From Candidatus Omnitrophota bacterium (GTDB lineage Bacteria > Omnitrophota > Gorgyraeia > Gygaellales > UBA12090): a DNA stretch of 64,000 bases. Positions 27,335 to 36,115 of the stretch are shown here, piece after piece. Below the pieces are notes generated by a model. The model did no database searches. It worked only from the letters and a program-made list of their open reading frames with translations, and was not told the DNA's origin. The translations under genes were made by a program, and so were the position numbers. Where the stretch lies: assembly GCA_030674475.1 (NCBI GenBank), contig JAUSCZ010000022.1:2628-66627 (forward strand), in the 5' to 3' direction. Each line of letters begins with the position of its first letter. The stretch's first letter is position 1.

Positions 27335-27485
27335 CTAACAGATTTTTTGGGTACTGTCCAGAAAAGATTTTGGCTTGCCGACTTGGCGAGGGCCGGTAAT
27401 TACCTGAATAAAACGCCTCTCTTCAACCAATCTAGCAAGAATTTTACCAGTTATATCTCTTTTAAATTCAGGGACTTGTATCATA
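27335..27485 (-). pseudogene. 49-codon remnant of an AAA_14/DUF4143-type ATPase N-terminus
   Basis: Translation MIQVPEFKRDITGKILARLVEERRFIQVITGPRQVGKPKSFLDSTQKIC. It resembles the N-terminus of AAA_14 ATPases up to a degenerate Walker A (GPRQVGKP instead of GxRQVGKT), then stops. It lies in a tRNA-rich intergenic region. Confidence 0.35.
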
Positions 27486-27558
27486 ATTATTTATTATTTC
27501 AAGGTATTGAGTAAAGAAGAGAGAGCGTATGGTTAACTTTTGAATAAAATATTTTGAT

Positions 27559-27954
27559 TTATGAAGGAAGGATTTTGCGCAGCATTTCCAGGAGGTCTTC
27601 AGCGGAAACCGGCTTGGCCATCATAAAATGTTTGCCGGATTTCTTGCCCCCTTCTTTTTTGCCTTGAAGTTCTTCTTCTTTGCTGAGGATTCCGGTGAGG
27701 AATAATATTGGGGTATGCGCGGTAGCGGGGTCATTGGAGATGATATCGGCAACCGAGCCGCCGTCTAATCCGGGAAGCACGATATCCATAATTATCAAAT
27801 CCGGATGATTGGCTTTGGCTAATTTTATTGCTTCTTCTCCGCTGGTGGTAGTAGATACAATATAATTAGCGCGTCTTAAGATGTTGCCCAAAGGTATCAG
27901 GACATCTTCTTCATCGTCAACTATTAATATTTTCTTTGGGTATTGAATCGCCAT
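27559..27954 (-). CDS. Orphan single-domain response regulator (CheY-like receiver)
   Basis: ILIVDDEEDV...DLIIMDIVLPGLDG...ILFLTG. 131 aa, no adjacent histidine kinase. Confidence 0.75.
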   Translation of the reverse strand: MAIQYPKKILIVDDEEDVLIPLGNILRRANYIVSTTTSGEEAIKLAKANHPDLIIMDIVLPGLDGGSVADIISNDPATAHTPILFLTGILSKEEELQGKKEGGKKSGKHFMMAKPVSAEDLLEMLRKILPS

Positions 27955-28163
27955 AGCTATATTCTAAAATAGCACTAAAATAAAATCTGTCAAACAATTT
28001 ATTCTTAAAAGTTAAACGCGGGTTTAAGGCTGTTTCTTACATTTAAAGCAATAGGTATCGTGGAGGCATTTAATCAGATTGGTCAAAAAGGCAAAGATTA
28101 TTATTAATAATACAATCTGTCCAAATAATTTCCAGCTCATCACGTCCTTCCTTGATAAAAAAA

Positions 28164-28512
28164 TGGGCAGGAGAGGATTTGAACCTCTGAAGCACAGGTG
28201 CAACAGATTTCAAGTGCCCTCAAGTTACCTCGAGGCTTGGACTATCTCATCACCATAGTTATTATATATTGAAAATATAATAACTTTAGGCGGCAGGCGC
28301 TTAGTCTCTGCACCTTCCATCGACAATGTCTGCCTGGCGGTAGACATATGCCGGGGCTTGGCTCAGGATTGCCCTTCGACTTGCGAAGACCACACATTCA
28401 TTACAAGCCGCTTCGGGTTTCCCTGAATTCACCTACTTTTACACCCCAACCTTTCGTCGGAGCGCTGCGTTCTAACACAGTCTGTCCCCTTTGACCACTT
28501 GGGTACCTGCCC
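28164..28512 (-). tRNA. tRNA-Tyr(GUA) interrupted by a group I intron. Exon 1 is 28477-28512, intron 28211-28476, exon 2 28164-28210.
   Basis: Exons join to GGGCAGGUACCCAAGUGGUCAAAGGGGACAGACUGU|AAAUCUGUUGCACCUGUGCUUCAGAGGUUCAAAUCCUCUCCUGCCCA. That is a class II tRNA with anticodon loop CUGUAAA, closely resembling E. coli tRNA-Tyr. Confidence 0.75.
28211..28476 (-). ncRNA. Group I self-splicing intron (about 266 nt, no ORF) in the tRNA-Tyr anticodon loop
   Basis: Starts with G after exon U and ends with G. IGS GCAG can pair with exon CUGU (U.G at the splice site). Core elements: P-like GAAUUCAGGGAAAC, Q-like AAUCCUGAGCC (UCAGG/CCUGA = P4), R-like CAGAGACUAAG, S-like GAGAUAGUCC (GACUA/UAGUC = P7). 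Confidence 0.7.
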
Positions 28513-28564
28513 AAAAAAGTTATTAACGATTATAAACTGTCAACTGAAAACTGTCAACTAATAA

Positions 28565-28637
28565 AGCTGGCGGCCCGAATCGAACGGGCGACCACCTCAT
28601 TACAAATGAGGAGCTCTACCAATTGAGCTACGCCAGC
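28565..28637 (-). tRNA. tRNA-Thr(UGU)
   Basis: GCUGGCGUAGCUCAAUUGGUAGAGCUCCUCAUUUGUAAUGAGGUGGUCGCCCGUUCGAUUCGGGCCGCCAGCU. Anticodon loop UUUGUAA. Confidence 0.75.
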
Positions 28638-28639
28638 AA

Positions 28640-28800
28640 ATTTCAAAATAACCAATAATCAATCATCAATAACCAAAGAATAACCAAACACCAAACATCA
28701 ATAACCAAACAATAGATTAGTTTTCCGATTTATCATTGATTATTGGTTATTGGGTATTGGGTATTGGGTATTTTTTGGTTATTGGATCTTGGTTATTGAT
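28640..28800. repeat. Long imperfect inverted repeat rich in AACCAA/TTGGTT, with a 3x GGGTATT tandem
   Basis: Left arm AATAACCAATAATCAATCATCAATAACCAAAGAATAACCAAACACCAAACATCAATAACCAAAC. Right arm ATCATTGATTATTGGTTATTGGGTATTGGGTATTGGGTATTTTTTGGTTATTGGATCTTGGTTATTGATTATT. Confidence 0.6.
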
Positions 28801-28817
28801 TATTTTAAATCACCGAT

Positions 28818-29663
28818 TCATAATTTTTTTATTGCCGCGGGAATGTTTTCTATGATGTCTGAGGCGATGAGGCCGGTTTGAGTCTTCTCTTTTGCGGCCA
28901 GATCCCCGGCCTGGCCGTGCAGATAGACTCCGGTCTTGGCGGCGGTCAATCCGTCTAATCCCTGGCCTAATAAGGCGCTGATGATGCCGGTTAATACATC
29001 GCCTGAACCGGCGGTGGCCATTCCGGGGTTGCCGGTTTTATTCACATACAGCTTATTCGGCGAAGCCACCACCGTATGATGCCCCTTTAAAACAAGGACT
29101 ATATTATAATCATAAGCGAACCTTTTTGCAAGTGTTTCTCTGTTTTTTTGGATATAAGCTGTGGATTGGCCTGTCAGGCGGCTGAACTCTCCGGGATGGG
29201 GAGTGAGTATTTTAAGATTGGGATTTAGCCTTAGGATATCTAAATGTCCGGCTAAGGCGTTTAGCGCGTCGGCGTCAATAACCATAGGCTTATTGACATT
29301 GCTGATTATCCGGCGGATGAGTTTTTGGGTTTGAGGATTTCGGGATAATCCCGGGCCGAGGGCTAAAACATCTGTTTTGTGGGTAAACGCGGCTATTTTC
29401 GGGTAGGCGCTTAAGCTTAAGGTCTTCTCTTTTGTCTGGGGTAGGGGTTTAAGCATTACCTCTAAAAATACCTTTTTCGCGGCAATGCCGCATAAACTCT
29501 CAGGAAGGCCCAGGGTAACTAGCCCGGCCCCGGAGCGCATCGCGCTGTTGGCGCACAAAATAGCGGCTCCGCTAAAACTAAGAGAGCCGGCTAAGACAAA
29601 AATATGGCCGTAATCGCCTTTATGGGTATCGGGTTTACGGCGGGGAAAAACCCTATTTGTCAT
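28818..29663 (-). CDS. nnrD: ADP-dependent (S)-NAD(P)H-hydrate dehydratase (YjeF C-terminal domain)
   Basis: Carbohydrate-kinase-like fold, GDYGHIFVLAGS...GSGDVLTG, 281 aa. Confidence 0.7.
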   Translation of the reverse strand: MTNRVFPRRKPDTHKGDYGHIFVLAGSLSFSGAAILCANSAMRSGAGLVTLGLPESLCGIAAKKVFLEVMLKPLPQTKEKTLSLSAYPKIAAFTHKTDVLALGPGLSRNPQTQKLIRRIISNVNKPMVIDADALNALAGHLDILRLNPNLKILTPHPGEFSRLTGQSTAYIQKNRETLAKRFAYDYNIVLVLKGHHTVVASPNKLYVNKTGNPGMATAGSGDVLTGIISALLGQGLDGLTAAKTGVYLHGQAGDLAAKEKTQTGLIASDIIENIPAAIKKL

Positions 29664-30039
29664 TCTTGATTAAAATGGCATTGGCCACGGCCAATTTGTG
29701 GGTGTGGGACATACTGATGATAATATCGGAGATTTTTTTCTTTTCTTTTATTTTTTTAGCCTCTCCGGAAAGCCGGATGAAAGGTTTTCCGGATTTATCG
29801 TTTAAAACTTCAACCTCGCGAAGGTTAATCTGATGAATAGATGAATCGCCGATAGCCTTTAAGACCGCTTCCTTAGCCGCGAAGCGGGCGGCCAGATGTT
29901 GATAAGAAAATTTCTTGGCCTGGGAATAATTTATTTCATTCTCAGTAAAGATTCGCTTTAAGAAAGAATCTTTCCAACGAAGAACCGCGTTTTTTATCCG
30001 GGAAATCTCAATGATGTCTATGCCTGTTCCGCTAATCAT
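29653..30039 (-). CDS. acpS: Holo-[acyl-carrier-protein] synthase
   Basis: 128 aa, MISGTGIDIIEISRI...AAKEAVLKAIG. Confidence 0.8.
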   Translation of the reverse strand: MISGTGIDIIEISRIKNAVLRWKDSFLKRIFTENEINYSQAKKFSYQHLAARFAAKEAVLKAIGDSSIHQINLREVEVLNDKSGKPFIRLSGEAKKIKEKKKISDIIISMSHTHKLAVANAILIKNDK

Positions 30040-30749
30040 CGTGTATGTTTGAGCATTTCTTTGACCGCGGTTTCTAAACCAATAAAAATACCGCGGCAGA
30101 TTATGGAGTAACCGATATTCAATTCCTGGATTTCCGGAATTTTGGCAATAGCCTGAGCATTGTTGTAGTCTAAGCCGTGTCCGGCAGCCACTGTAAGGCC
30201 CAGGCTTTGGGCAAAGGAAGCGGCCTTAGCCAGCTCTTGTAATAATTTATTTCTTTGGCTTTGAGTTTTGGCCGCGGCGTATTTTCCGGTGTGCAGTTCA
30301 ATAATTTTTGCCCCTGTCTCTGTGACGGCGGAAATCTGTTTTTTGTCCGGGTCAATAAATAAACTTATTTCTATTCCACTCCCGGTTAACTTTTTAACTA
30401 CTTTTTTTATTTTAGATTTCTGCTTTAGGATATCCAGGCCGCCTTCGGTGGTCAGCTCTTTTCTTTTTTCCGGAACTAAGGTTGCCTGATGCGGCTTGAC
30501 TAAACAGGCAATATCTACAATCTCCGCGGATATAGACATCTCTAAATTGAATCTGGTCTTGACGCTTTGCCTGAGGCGCCGGATATCATTATCGTTGATA
30601 TGGCGGCGGTCCTCGCGTAAATGGGCAACTATGGAGTCACAACCGGCCTTCTCGCAAATAGAGGCGGCGTAGACCGGATCCGGGAATTGACCTTTACGGG
30701 CCTGCCGTAAGGTGGCGATATGGTCTATGTTAACTCCTAATTTAACCAT
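30036..30749 (-). CDS. pdxJ: Pyridoxine 5'-phosphate synthase
   Basis: MVKLGVNIDHIATLRQARKG...ELHTG, 237 aa, TIM barrel. Confidence 0.85.
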   Translation of the reverse strand: MVKLGVNIDHIATLRQARKGQFPDPVYAASICEKAGCDSIVAHLREDRRHINDNDIRRLRQSVKTRFNLEMSISAEIVDIACLVKPHQATLVPEKRKELTTEGGLDILKQKSKIKKVVKKLTGSGIEISLFIDPDKKQISAVTETGAKIIELHTGKYAAAKTQSQRNKLLQELAKAASFAQSLGLTVAAGHGLDYNNAQAIAKIPEIQELNIGYSIICRGIFIGLETAVKEMLKHTR

Positions 30750-30863
30750 GTTAGAACTTTAAAACCATTTTAGCTATTTCTCCGTTTACATAAAGCCAGG
30801 TTAAAATAGCCAGAATCAAAGATATTATTTTTAACCAGAAATGTCTAAACGGCCAAATTTTCA

Positions 30864-31634
30864 TTATTTATTCTTGCGGTTTTTAAAATTACTCTTGAGT
30901 TTTTCAGAGAGTTGTTCCAGGTCAAGGTCGCGGAAGAGTTTTCCGTTATAGCAGAGTGATATATCCCCGGTTTCCTCAGAGGCCACTACCACTATCGCGT
31001 CGGTCTGCTCAGCCAGGCCGATGGCCGCCCGATGGCGGGTGCCCAGGATACGGTCTAAGTTTGGTTTCTCGGTTAAAGGAAAGAGGCATCCAGCGGCAAT
31101 TACGCGGGTGTTTTGGATAATCAACCCTCCATCGTGTAAAAGGCTGTTAGGGGTGAATATGGTTTGGATGAGCTCCGCGCTTATGCGGCTGTCTATCTTT
31201 ACCCCGCTTTCAATATATTCCTTAAGACTATCCTCTTTCTCTATGGCAATCAGGGCGCCTATTTTTTTCCGGCTCAAGATATCTACCGCCGAAACAATCT
31301 GGGCTATGATTTCTTTCAGCTCTTCCTCATAAAGCCCGCCCTTAAAGATTTTCTGCTGTCCTAATTTTGCCAGGCCCTGACGTATCTCCGGCTGAAAAAT
31401 TACCAGGATACCGATAATCGATATGGCAAAAAAATGGGTCATCAACCAGTCCAGGGTTTCCAGCCTTAAAATCTGAAAGATAAAAAAGGCAAAGACTAAA
31501 ACAATAAGGCCGCGTAAGACCTGAATCGCCCGAGTGCCCTTAAAAAAGAGCATAATCTGATAAAAGACTATCCAGAGTATGGTTATCTCTAACAGCGCCT
31601 TCCAATTATTAAGCAGATTTATTGAGATGGGCAT
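30864..31634 (-). CDS. cdaA: Diadenylate cyclase CdaA (c-di-AMP synthase, DAC domain with N-terminal TM helices)
   Basis: Three N-terminal TM segments plus DAC motifs DGGLIIQ, RHRAAIGL, TGDISL. 256 aa. Confidence 0.85.
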   Translation of the reverse strand: MPISINLLNNWKALLEITILWIVFYQIMLFFKGTRAIQVLRGLIVLVFAFFIFQILRLETLDWLMTHFFAISIIGILVIFQPEIRQGLAKLGQQKIFKGGLYEEELKEIIAQIVSAVDILSRKKIGALIAIEKEDSLKEYIESGVKIDSRISAELIQTIFTPNSLLHDGGLIIQNTRVIAAGCLFPLTEKPNLDRILGTRHRAAIGLAEQTDAIVVVASEETGDISLCYNGKLFRDLDLEQLSEKLKSNFKNRKNK

Positions 31635-32824
31635 TTAAGGATGCGGTCTAAGACCATAAAGGCCTGCTTGGACTCTTTTACGTCATGAACCCGGATAATT
31701 TTAGCGCCATTAAATACTGCCAGGCAGTTACTGCTGATGGTTGAGGACAGGCGCTCCTTAGGCCCCTGATGAGTAATATTCCACAGAAACGACTTGCGGG
31801 ATAATCCGATTAAAATCGGCCGGCCTAATATTTTAAGCTGGGCGAGGGACTTAATTATTTCCAGATTATGCTCCAGGGTTTTACCAAAACCGATTCCCGG
31901 GTCAACAATGATTTTCTCAAAATCTATTCCGGCCTCAAGGGCAATGGCTATGGATTTATTTAAGTATTCGATAATTTCACCCATCAGCGATTGATACGCG
32001 GGGTTTTTCTGCATATTTTTAGGTATCCCGCGCATATGCATTAACACTACCCCGGCCTTATACCTGCTGATAGTTTTAGCCATTTTTTTATCGGCAGTAA
32101 GGGCACTGATGTCATTAATAATATCGGCGCCGCTATCTAAGGCGGCCTTGGCGGTTTCAGCTTTATAGGTATCAATAGAAATTGGCAGGTTAATTTCCTT
32201 ACGAATTCGCTTTAGGGCCGGAATCAGCCTTTTAATCTCATCTTTTGCCGAAACAGGCTTAGCCCCCGGCCGAGTGGACTCCGCGCCGATATCCAGCATA
32301 TCCGCCCCTTCATCCGCTAATTTTCGCGCGTATTCCACCGCGGAGCCCAATGTCTCTAAAAGCCCATCGCCGCTAAATGAATCCGGAGTGAGATTGATAA
32401 TACCCATAATCCGGGTTTGAGAAGCCAGATTTAATTGATGATTCTTTAGCGCGAGGGTAAAATTATCTTTTTGGTAATTATTAAAGGCGGCTTGTAATTC
32501 CAGGGCGATTTTATTCAAACCGTAGGGCTGTCTTTTTAGCTTTTCAGAGAGTCTTTGGATGTGGGTGAGATTTCCGATAATCAGGCAATCGGTATGCTTT
32601 TTCTTTCCGGTTAAGGCATCGCGGGATACGGCGGTGTCCGCGCCGATAGAAAGGCTTTCTTGTTTAAGAATATTGGCGGCAAAGATGGGCAGGTTATTTA
32701 TTCTGACTAAGGCCGGGATGGTCTTGGGAGCCATAATCTCAATGCCGGCGGTCTCAACCCCTAAATCCCTCATCAGGGCTTTGGCCTCGGATTGATCGCG
32801 CAGTGAGATTATGCGAACAGTCAT
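31619..32824 (-). CDS. folP: Dihydropteroate synthase with an extra ~130-aa N-terminal domain
   Basis: Pterin-binding core INLTPDSFSGDG...DIGAESTRPG...HMRG. It is preceded by ~130 aa (MTVRIISLRDQSEAKALMRDLGVE...) not found in minimal DHPS. 401 aa. Confidence 0.75.
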   Translation of the reverse strand: MTVRIISLRDQSEAKALMRDLGVETAGIEIMAPKTIPALVRINNLPIFAANILKQESLSIGADTAVSRDALTGKKKHTDCLIIGNLTHIQRLSEKLKRQPYGLNKIALELQAAFNNYQKDNFTLALKNHQLNLASQTRIMGIINLTPDSFSGDGLLETLGSAVEYARKLADEGADMLDIGAESTRPGAKPVSAKDEIKRLIPALKRIRKEINLPISIDTYKAETAKAALDSGADIINDISALTADKKMAKTISRYKAGVVLMHMRGIPKNMQKNPAYQSLMGEIIEYLNKSIAIALEAGIDFEKIIVDPGIGFGKTLEHNLEIIKSLAQLKILGRPILIGLSRKSFLWNITHQGPKERLSSTISSNCLAVFNGAKIIRVHDVKESKQAFMVLDRILKCPSQ

Positions 32825-32832
32825 TTTGAGTT

Positions 32833-32860
32833 TAAGTAGGGGCGGGTTCGAACCCGCCCC
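32833..32860. repeat. Palindrome GTAGGGGCGGGTTCGAACCCGCCCCTAC (family H, copy 1)
   Basis: Perfect 28-nt palindrome downstream of the ftsH stop. Related copies at 35045-35075 and 42039-42067. Confidence 0.7.
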
Positions 32861-32884
32861 TACTTATGGCTTTGCCTTGCTGGC

Positions 32885-34816
32885 TTATGGCTTTGGCTGT
32901 ATGGAAGCCAAACCATTGCCTTGCTGGCTTATGGGTGAGCTTATTTCTAATTGTGGTTCTGGTTTTGGCTCCAGGCCAAGCAGTCGCCTGACCTCGGCTC
33001 CGTCTAAAACCTCTTTTTCTAATAAAGCGGAGGAGACTAACTTCAGCTTATCCTCTTTTTCCTGGAGGAGTTTTTTGGCCTGGGCATAACATTCATCCAC
33101 AATCCGTTTCACCTCTTCATCAATCATCCTGGCGGTGTCTTCGCTGTAGTTTCTTTCCTCCACTATATCCCGGCCTAAAAATAAGGGGCCGTGCGCCCGG
33201 CCTAAGGTAATATTTCCTAAGCGTTCGCTCATTCCGAAACTACAGATCATTTTTTTAGCGATATGGGTGGCGTTTTCCAGGTCGCTTCCGGCTCCGGTAG
33301 TAACATCGCCAAAGCTTAACTCTTCAGAAACCCTTCCACCCAGAAGTATGGTAATTTCTCCTAAAAACTCTTTTTTGGAGCGGTAACTGCGGTCTTCAAT
33401 AGGCGGAGTTAAGGTGTAACCTCCGGCCATTCCCCGGGGGATGATGGAAACCTTGGTTACCGGATTAACCTCAGGCACTAATAAGGATAAAATAGCATGT
33501 CCGGCCTCATGAAAGGCGGTAAGTTCTTTTTCCCGTTTCGACATTACCTTACTTTTTTTCTCCGGGCCGATCATTACCCGCTCAATCGCCGCCTCCAGCT
33601 CAACCTGCTCCACCGCCTCTTTATTGCGCCGGGCAGCCAAAAGCGCGGCCTCATTACAGAGATTAGCCAGGTCCGCCCCGGAAAACATTGAGGTATGCTG
33701 AGCAGTCAGCCTTAAGTTTACATTAGGGGAAAGCTTTATCTTTCGGACATGCACCTTAAGAATTTCCTCTCTCCCGACAATATCCGGTAAGTTTACCACA
33801 ATATGCCGGTCAAATCTCCCGGGACGTAAAAGCGCCGGGTCTAAGGTATCCGGCCGGTTGGTGGCGGCAATCAAAATTAAACCCTCGACGGTGTCAAAGC
33901 CGTCCATCTCCACCAAAAGTTGATTAAGGGTTTGTTCTCTTTCGTAGTGGCCGCCGCCGATACCGGCAAAGCGCAGTCTGCCCACCGCGTCAATTTCATC
34001 AATAAAGATAATCGCCCCCTTACCCGAGGCCTTACCCGCCTTGCGGCCCTGCTCAAATAAATCCCTGACCCGGGAAGCCCCCACACCCACAAACATCTCC
34101 ACAACCTCCGAGCCGCTGATAGAGAAAAAAGGCACCTCGGCCTCACCGGCCACCGCCTTGGCCAGCAGAGTTTTACCGCATCCCGGAGGGCCAACCAATA
34201 AAACCCCCTTAGGGATTTTGCCGCCTAATTTTTGAAATTTCTTAGGATCTTTTAAGAATTCAATAACCTCCTGAAGCTCTTCCTTGGCCTCATCCACTCC
34301 GGCCACATCTTTAAAAGTAATCTTTTGATTTTTTCCTTCCTCGGCCAATTTCGGCCTGATTTTGCCAAAACCCATAATCCGATTGCCTAATTGTTCTCCC
34401 CGGGAAGCCATAAGCCACCAGAATAAAATCAAAAGCAAAACCGGGCCCAGGGAAAATAACAGAGAAATCAGAAGCGGCTGGGTCTTGATTTCAAAATTTT
34501 CTATATTCTCCCTTAACGCGGGAATCAAATCCTTGTCATTATCGGGGATCAATACAAAGAACTTGGTTTTATCCTTAAGCTGTCCTTCCAGGCGGCCGTC
34601 TATTTTGGCCGTGTAAACGATATTTCCGGTAGAGGGATTTTCCTTGAGCAGGCGGTAGAAATCGCCGTATTTTATCTCCTTAGTCGGCGCGGCAATATTA
34701 ACAAAGTTTATCACGTAGAAAAGAGCCAATATTATCAGCATCCAGAATATATTGGGTTTCTTTTGGCTGTTTAACTTATTTAATTTTGGTTTTAATTTAG
34801 GAAGATTAGCACTCAT
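32885..34816 (-). CDS. ftsH: ATP-dependent zinc metalloprotease FtsH
   Basis: N-terminal TM, AAA+ [11 protein letters not shown], zinc-binding HEAGHA, 643 aa. The 3' end carries GCCTTGCTGGCTTATGG direct repeats. Confidence 0.9.
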   Translation of the reverse strand: MSANLPKLKPKLNKLNSQKKPNIFWMLIILALFYVINFVNIAAPTKEIKYGDFYRLLKENPSTGNIVYTAKIDGRLEGQLKDKTKFFVLIPDNDKDLIPALRENIENFEIKTQPLLISLLFSLGPVLLLILFWWLMASRGEQLGNRIMGFGKIRPKLAEEGKNQKITFKDVAGVDEAKEELQEVIEFLKDPKKFQKLGGKIPKGVLLVGPPGCGKTLLAKAVAGEAEVPFFSISGSEVVEMFVGVGASRVRDLFEQGRKAGKASGKGAIIFIDEIDAVGRLRFAGIGGGHYEREQTLNQLLVEMDGFDTVEGLILIAATNRPDTLDPALLRPGRFDRHIVVNLPDIVGREEILKVHVRKIKLSPNVNLRLTAQHTSMFSGADLANLCNEAALLAARRNKEAVEQVELEAAIERVMIGPEKKSKVMSKREKELTAFHEAGHAILSLLVPEVNPVTKVSIIPRGMAGGYTLTPPIEDRSYRSKKEFLGEITILLGGRVSEELSFGDVTTGAGSDLENATHIAKKMICSFGMSERLGNITLGRAHGPLFLGRDIVEERNYSEDTARMIDEEVKRIVDECYAQAKKLLQEKEDKLKLVSSALLEKEVLDGAEVRRLLGLEPKPEPQLEISSPISQQGNGLASIQPKP

Positions 34817-34893
34817 TTTCTCCTTTATTTTTCCTGAAATATCAAATTCGCGAACATAAGACAGTAAGTTCCGTTAATTAACGTGTCTCTCGG

Positions 34894-34921
34894 ATTATAA
34901 CCTAAATAGAAATAAAATCAA
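34894..34921 (-). promoter_or_regulatory. Sigma-70-like promoter candidate for ftsH (-35 TTGATT, 16-nt spacer, -10 TATAAT)
   Basis: Minus strand reads TTGATTttatttctatttaggtTATAAT, about 80 nt upstream of the ftsH ATG. Confidence 0.4.
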
Positions 34922-35044
34922 GCCTTATTTAGGCGCTAGTGTAATGCGTCAGTAAACAGGGGAAAATCTCCCCTCGCCCCTCTTTATAAAAGAGGGGGTA
35001 AAAATTCCCCCTTTGACAAGCCAGAGGGCGGTGGTTTGGCTTTC

Positions 35045-35075
35045 AATGTAGGGGCAGGTTCAGAACCTGCCCCTA
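35045..35075. repeat. Palindrome GTAGGGGCAGGTTCAGAACCTGCCCCTAC (family H, copy 2)
   Basis: Downstream of the tilS stop, inside a cluster of G/C-stem hairpins at 34940-35100. Confidence 0.7.
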
Positions 35076-35116
35076 CAACGGGGGGTCAGGGGGATTTTTT
35101 AAAAAGACGCTCCCGC

Positions 35117-36115
35117 TCACTGATCGGTTACGCGCAAGTAGATATCAAGAAATTCCTGGTTTTTACGGGTTGAGATATGAGAGGGCAAATCTACGACAGA
35201 GCCTTGAGGCCGGCAATACATTAAATCCCGGAGTTCGCGGATATGCTGATAGGTGAGCCTGCGGGTATCCCCTTTCAACTCTTCAAAACTCAGGCGCAAA
35301 ATGATATTTTGCAGGGCGGGGTGCAGGCTTAAAAATTTTTCTAAAGGAAGCTTCAATTGTTTCAGCTTGATAATTTTTATCTTATTAAACGCCTTCAAGG
35401 CGCTGGTATATAAAAAATCATAATCATAAGCCGCTGTCTGGGCGGTTCCGGCTAAAACCTCTTTGATGTTAGGATTATATTTTTCTAATTCCGGAAGCAA
35501 TGTCCGGCGCAGACGGTTCCGGAAATAAATTTCCCTGAGATTGCTGGAATCTACGCGGGAGGTTATTTTCTTGAGCCGTAAAAAACTCTCTATATCTTTC
35601 CTTTTGATTCCAAGCAGGGGCCGAATAATCGTAAAACCGCCGATTTTTCTCTTGGGTAAGATTGCCGCTAATCCTAAAAGTCCGCTGCCTCTTATCAAGC
35701 GCATCAAAACCGTCTCGGCCTGATCGTCTTGATTGTGGCCTAAGGCTATTTTGGTCAGGTGGTTTTCTTTGGCGGTTTGAAAAAGAAAATCAAACCTTAT
35801 CTTCCTGGCGGATTCTTCCGAGCAACAGGTTTTTGCCGCCCTTGAAACATCAACTTTTTTAAAGAAGGCCGGTATCTTTAGCTTCTCAGATAACTTTTTG
35901 ACAAATTCCTGGTCTTGATCGGATTCCCGGCCTCTTAAGGAATGATTCAGGTGGCCGATATACAACTTAAGGCTAAACTCTTCTTTTAGCGCGTTCAGGG
36001 CATAGAGCAGACAAACCGAATCCGGCCCGCCGGAAAGGCCGATTAAGATTTTATCCCGCGCATTGATCAGCTGGTATTGTTTTATGAATTTCCTGACTTT
36101 TTCCGGCAAGGTCAT
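35117..36115 (-). CDS. tilS: tRNA(Ile)-lysidine synthetase
   Basis: PP-loop LSGGPDSVCLLY, 332 aa. Confidence 0.85.
   Translation of the reverse strand: MTLPEKVRKFIKQYQLINARDKILIGLSGGPDSVCLLYALNALKEEFSLKLYIGHLNHSLRGRESDQDQEFVKKLSEKLKIPAFFKKVDVSRAAKTCCSEESARKIRFDFLFQTAKENHLTKIALGHNQDDQAETVLMRLIRGSGLLGLAAILPKRKIGGFTIIRPLLGIKRKDIESFLRLKKITSRVDSSNLREIYFRNRLRRTLLPELEKYNPNIKEVLAGTAQTAAYDYDFLYTSALKAFNKIKIIKLKQLKLPLEKFLSLHPALQNIILRLSFEELKGDTRRLTYQHIRELRDLMYCRPQGSVVDLPSHISTRKNQEFLDIYLRVTDQ

Noticed and set aside
28164-28512. tmRNA (ssrA): a ~350-nt RNA ending in a tRNA-like T-arm/acceptor with an apparent ..GCC GCC UAA tag end
   Set aside because: The 5' end lacks the tmRNA GGAUUCGAC-type D-region and the would-be tag is only 4 codons. 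The two ends instead assemble into a complete class II tRNA-Tyr with an intact anticodon stem-loop, and the insert has group I intron core elements.
33877-34194. 105-aa minus-strand ORF (Arg/Trp-rich) inside ftsH
   Set aside because: Alternative frame within the ftsH coding region, with a composition typical of an out-of-frame artefact.
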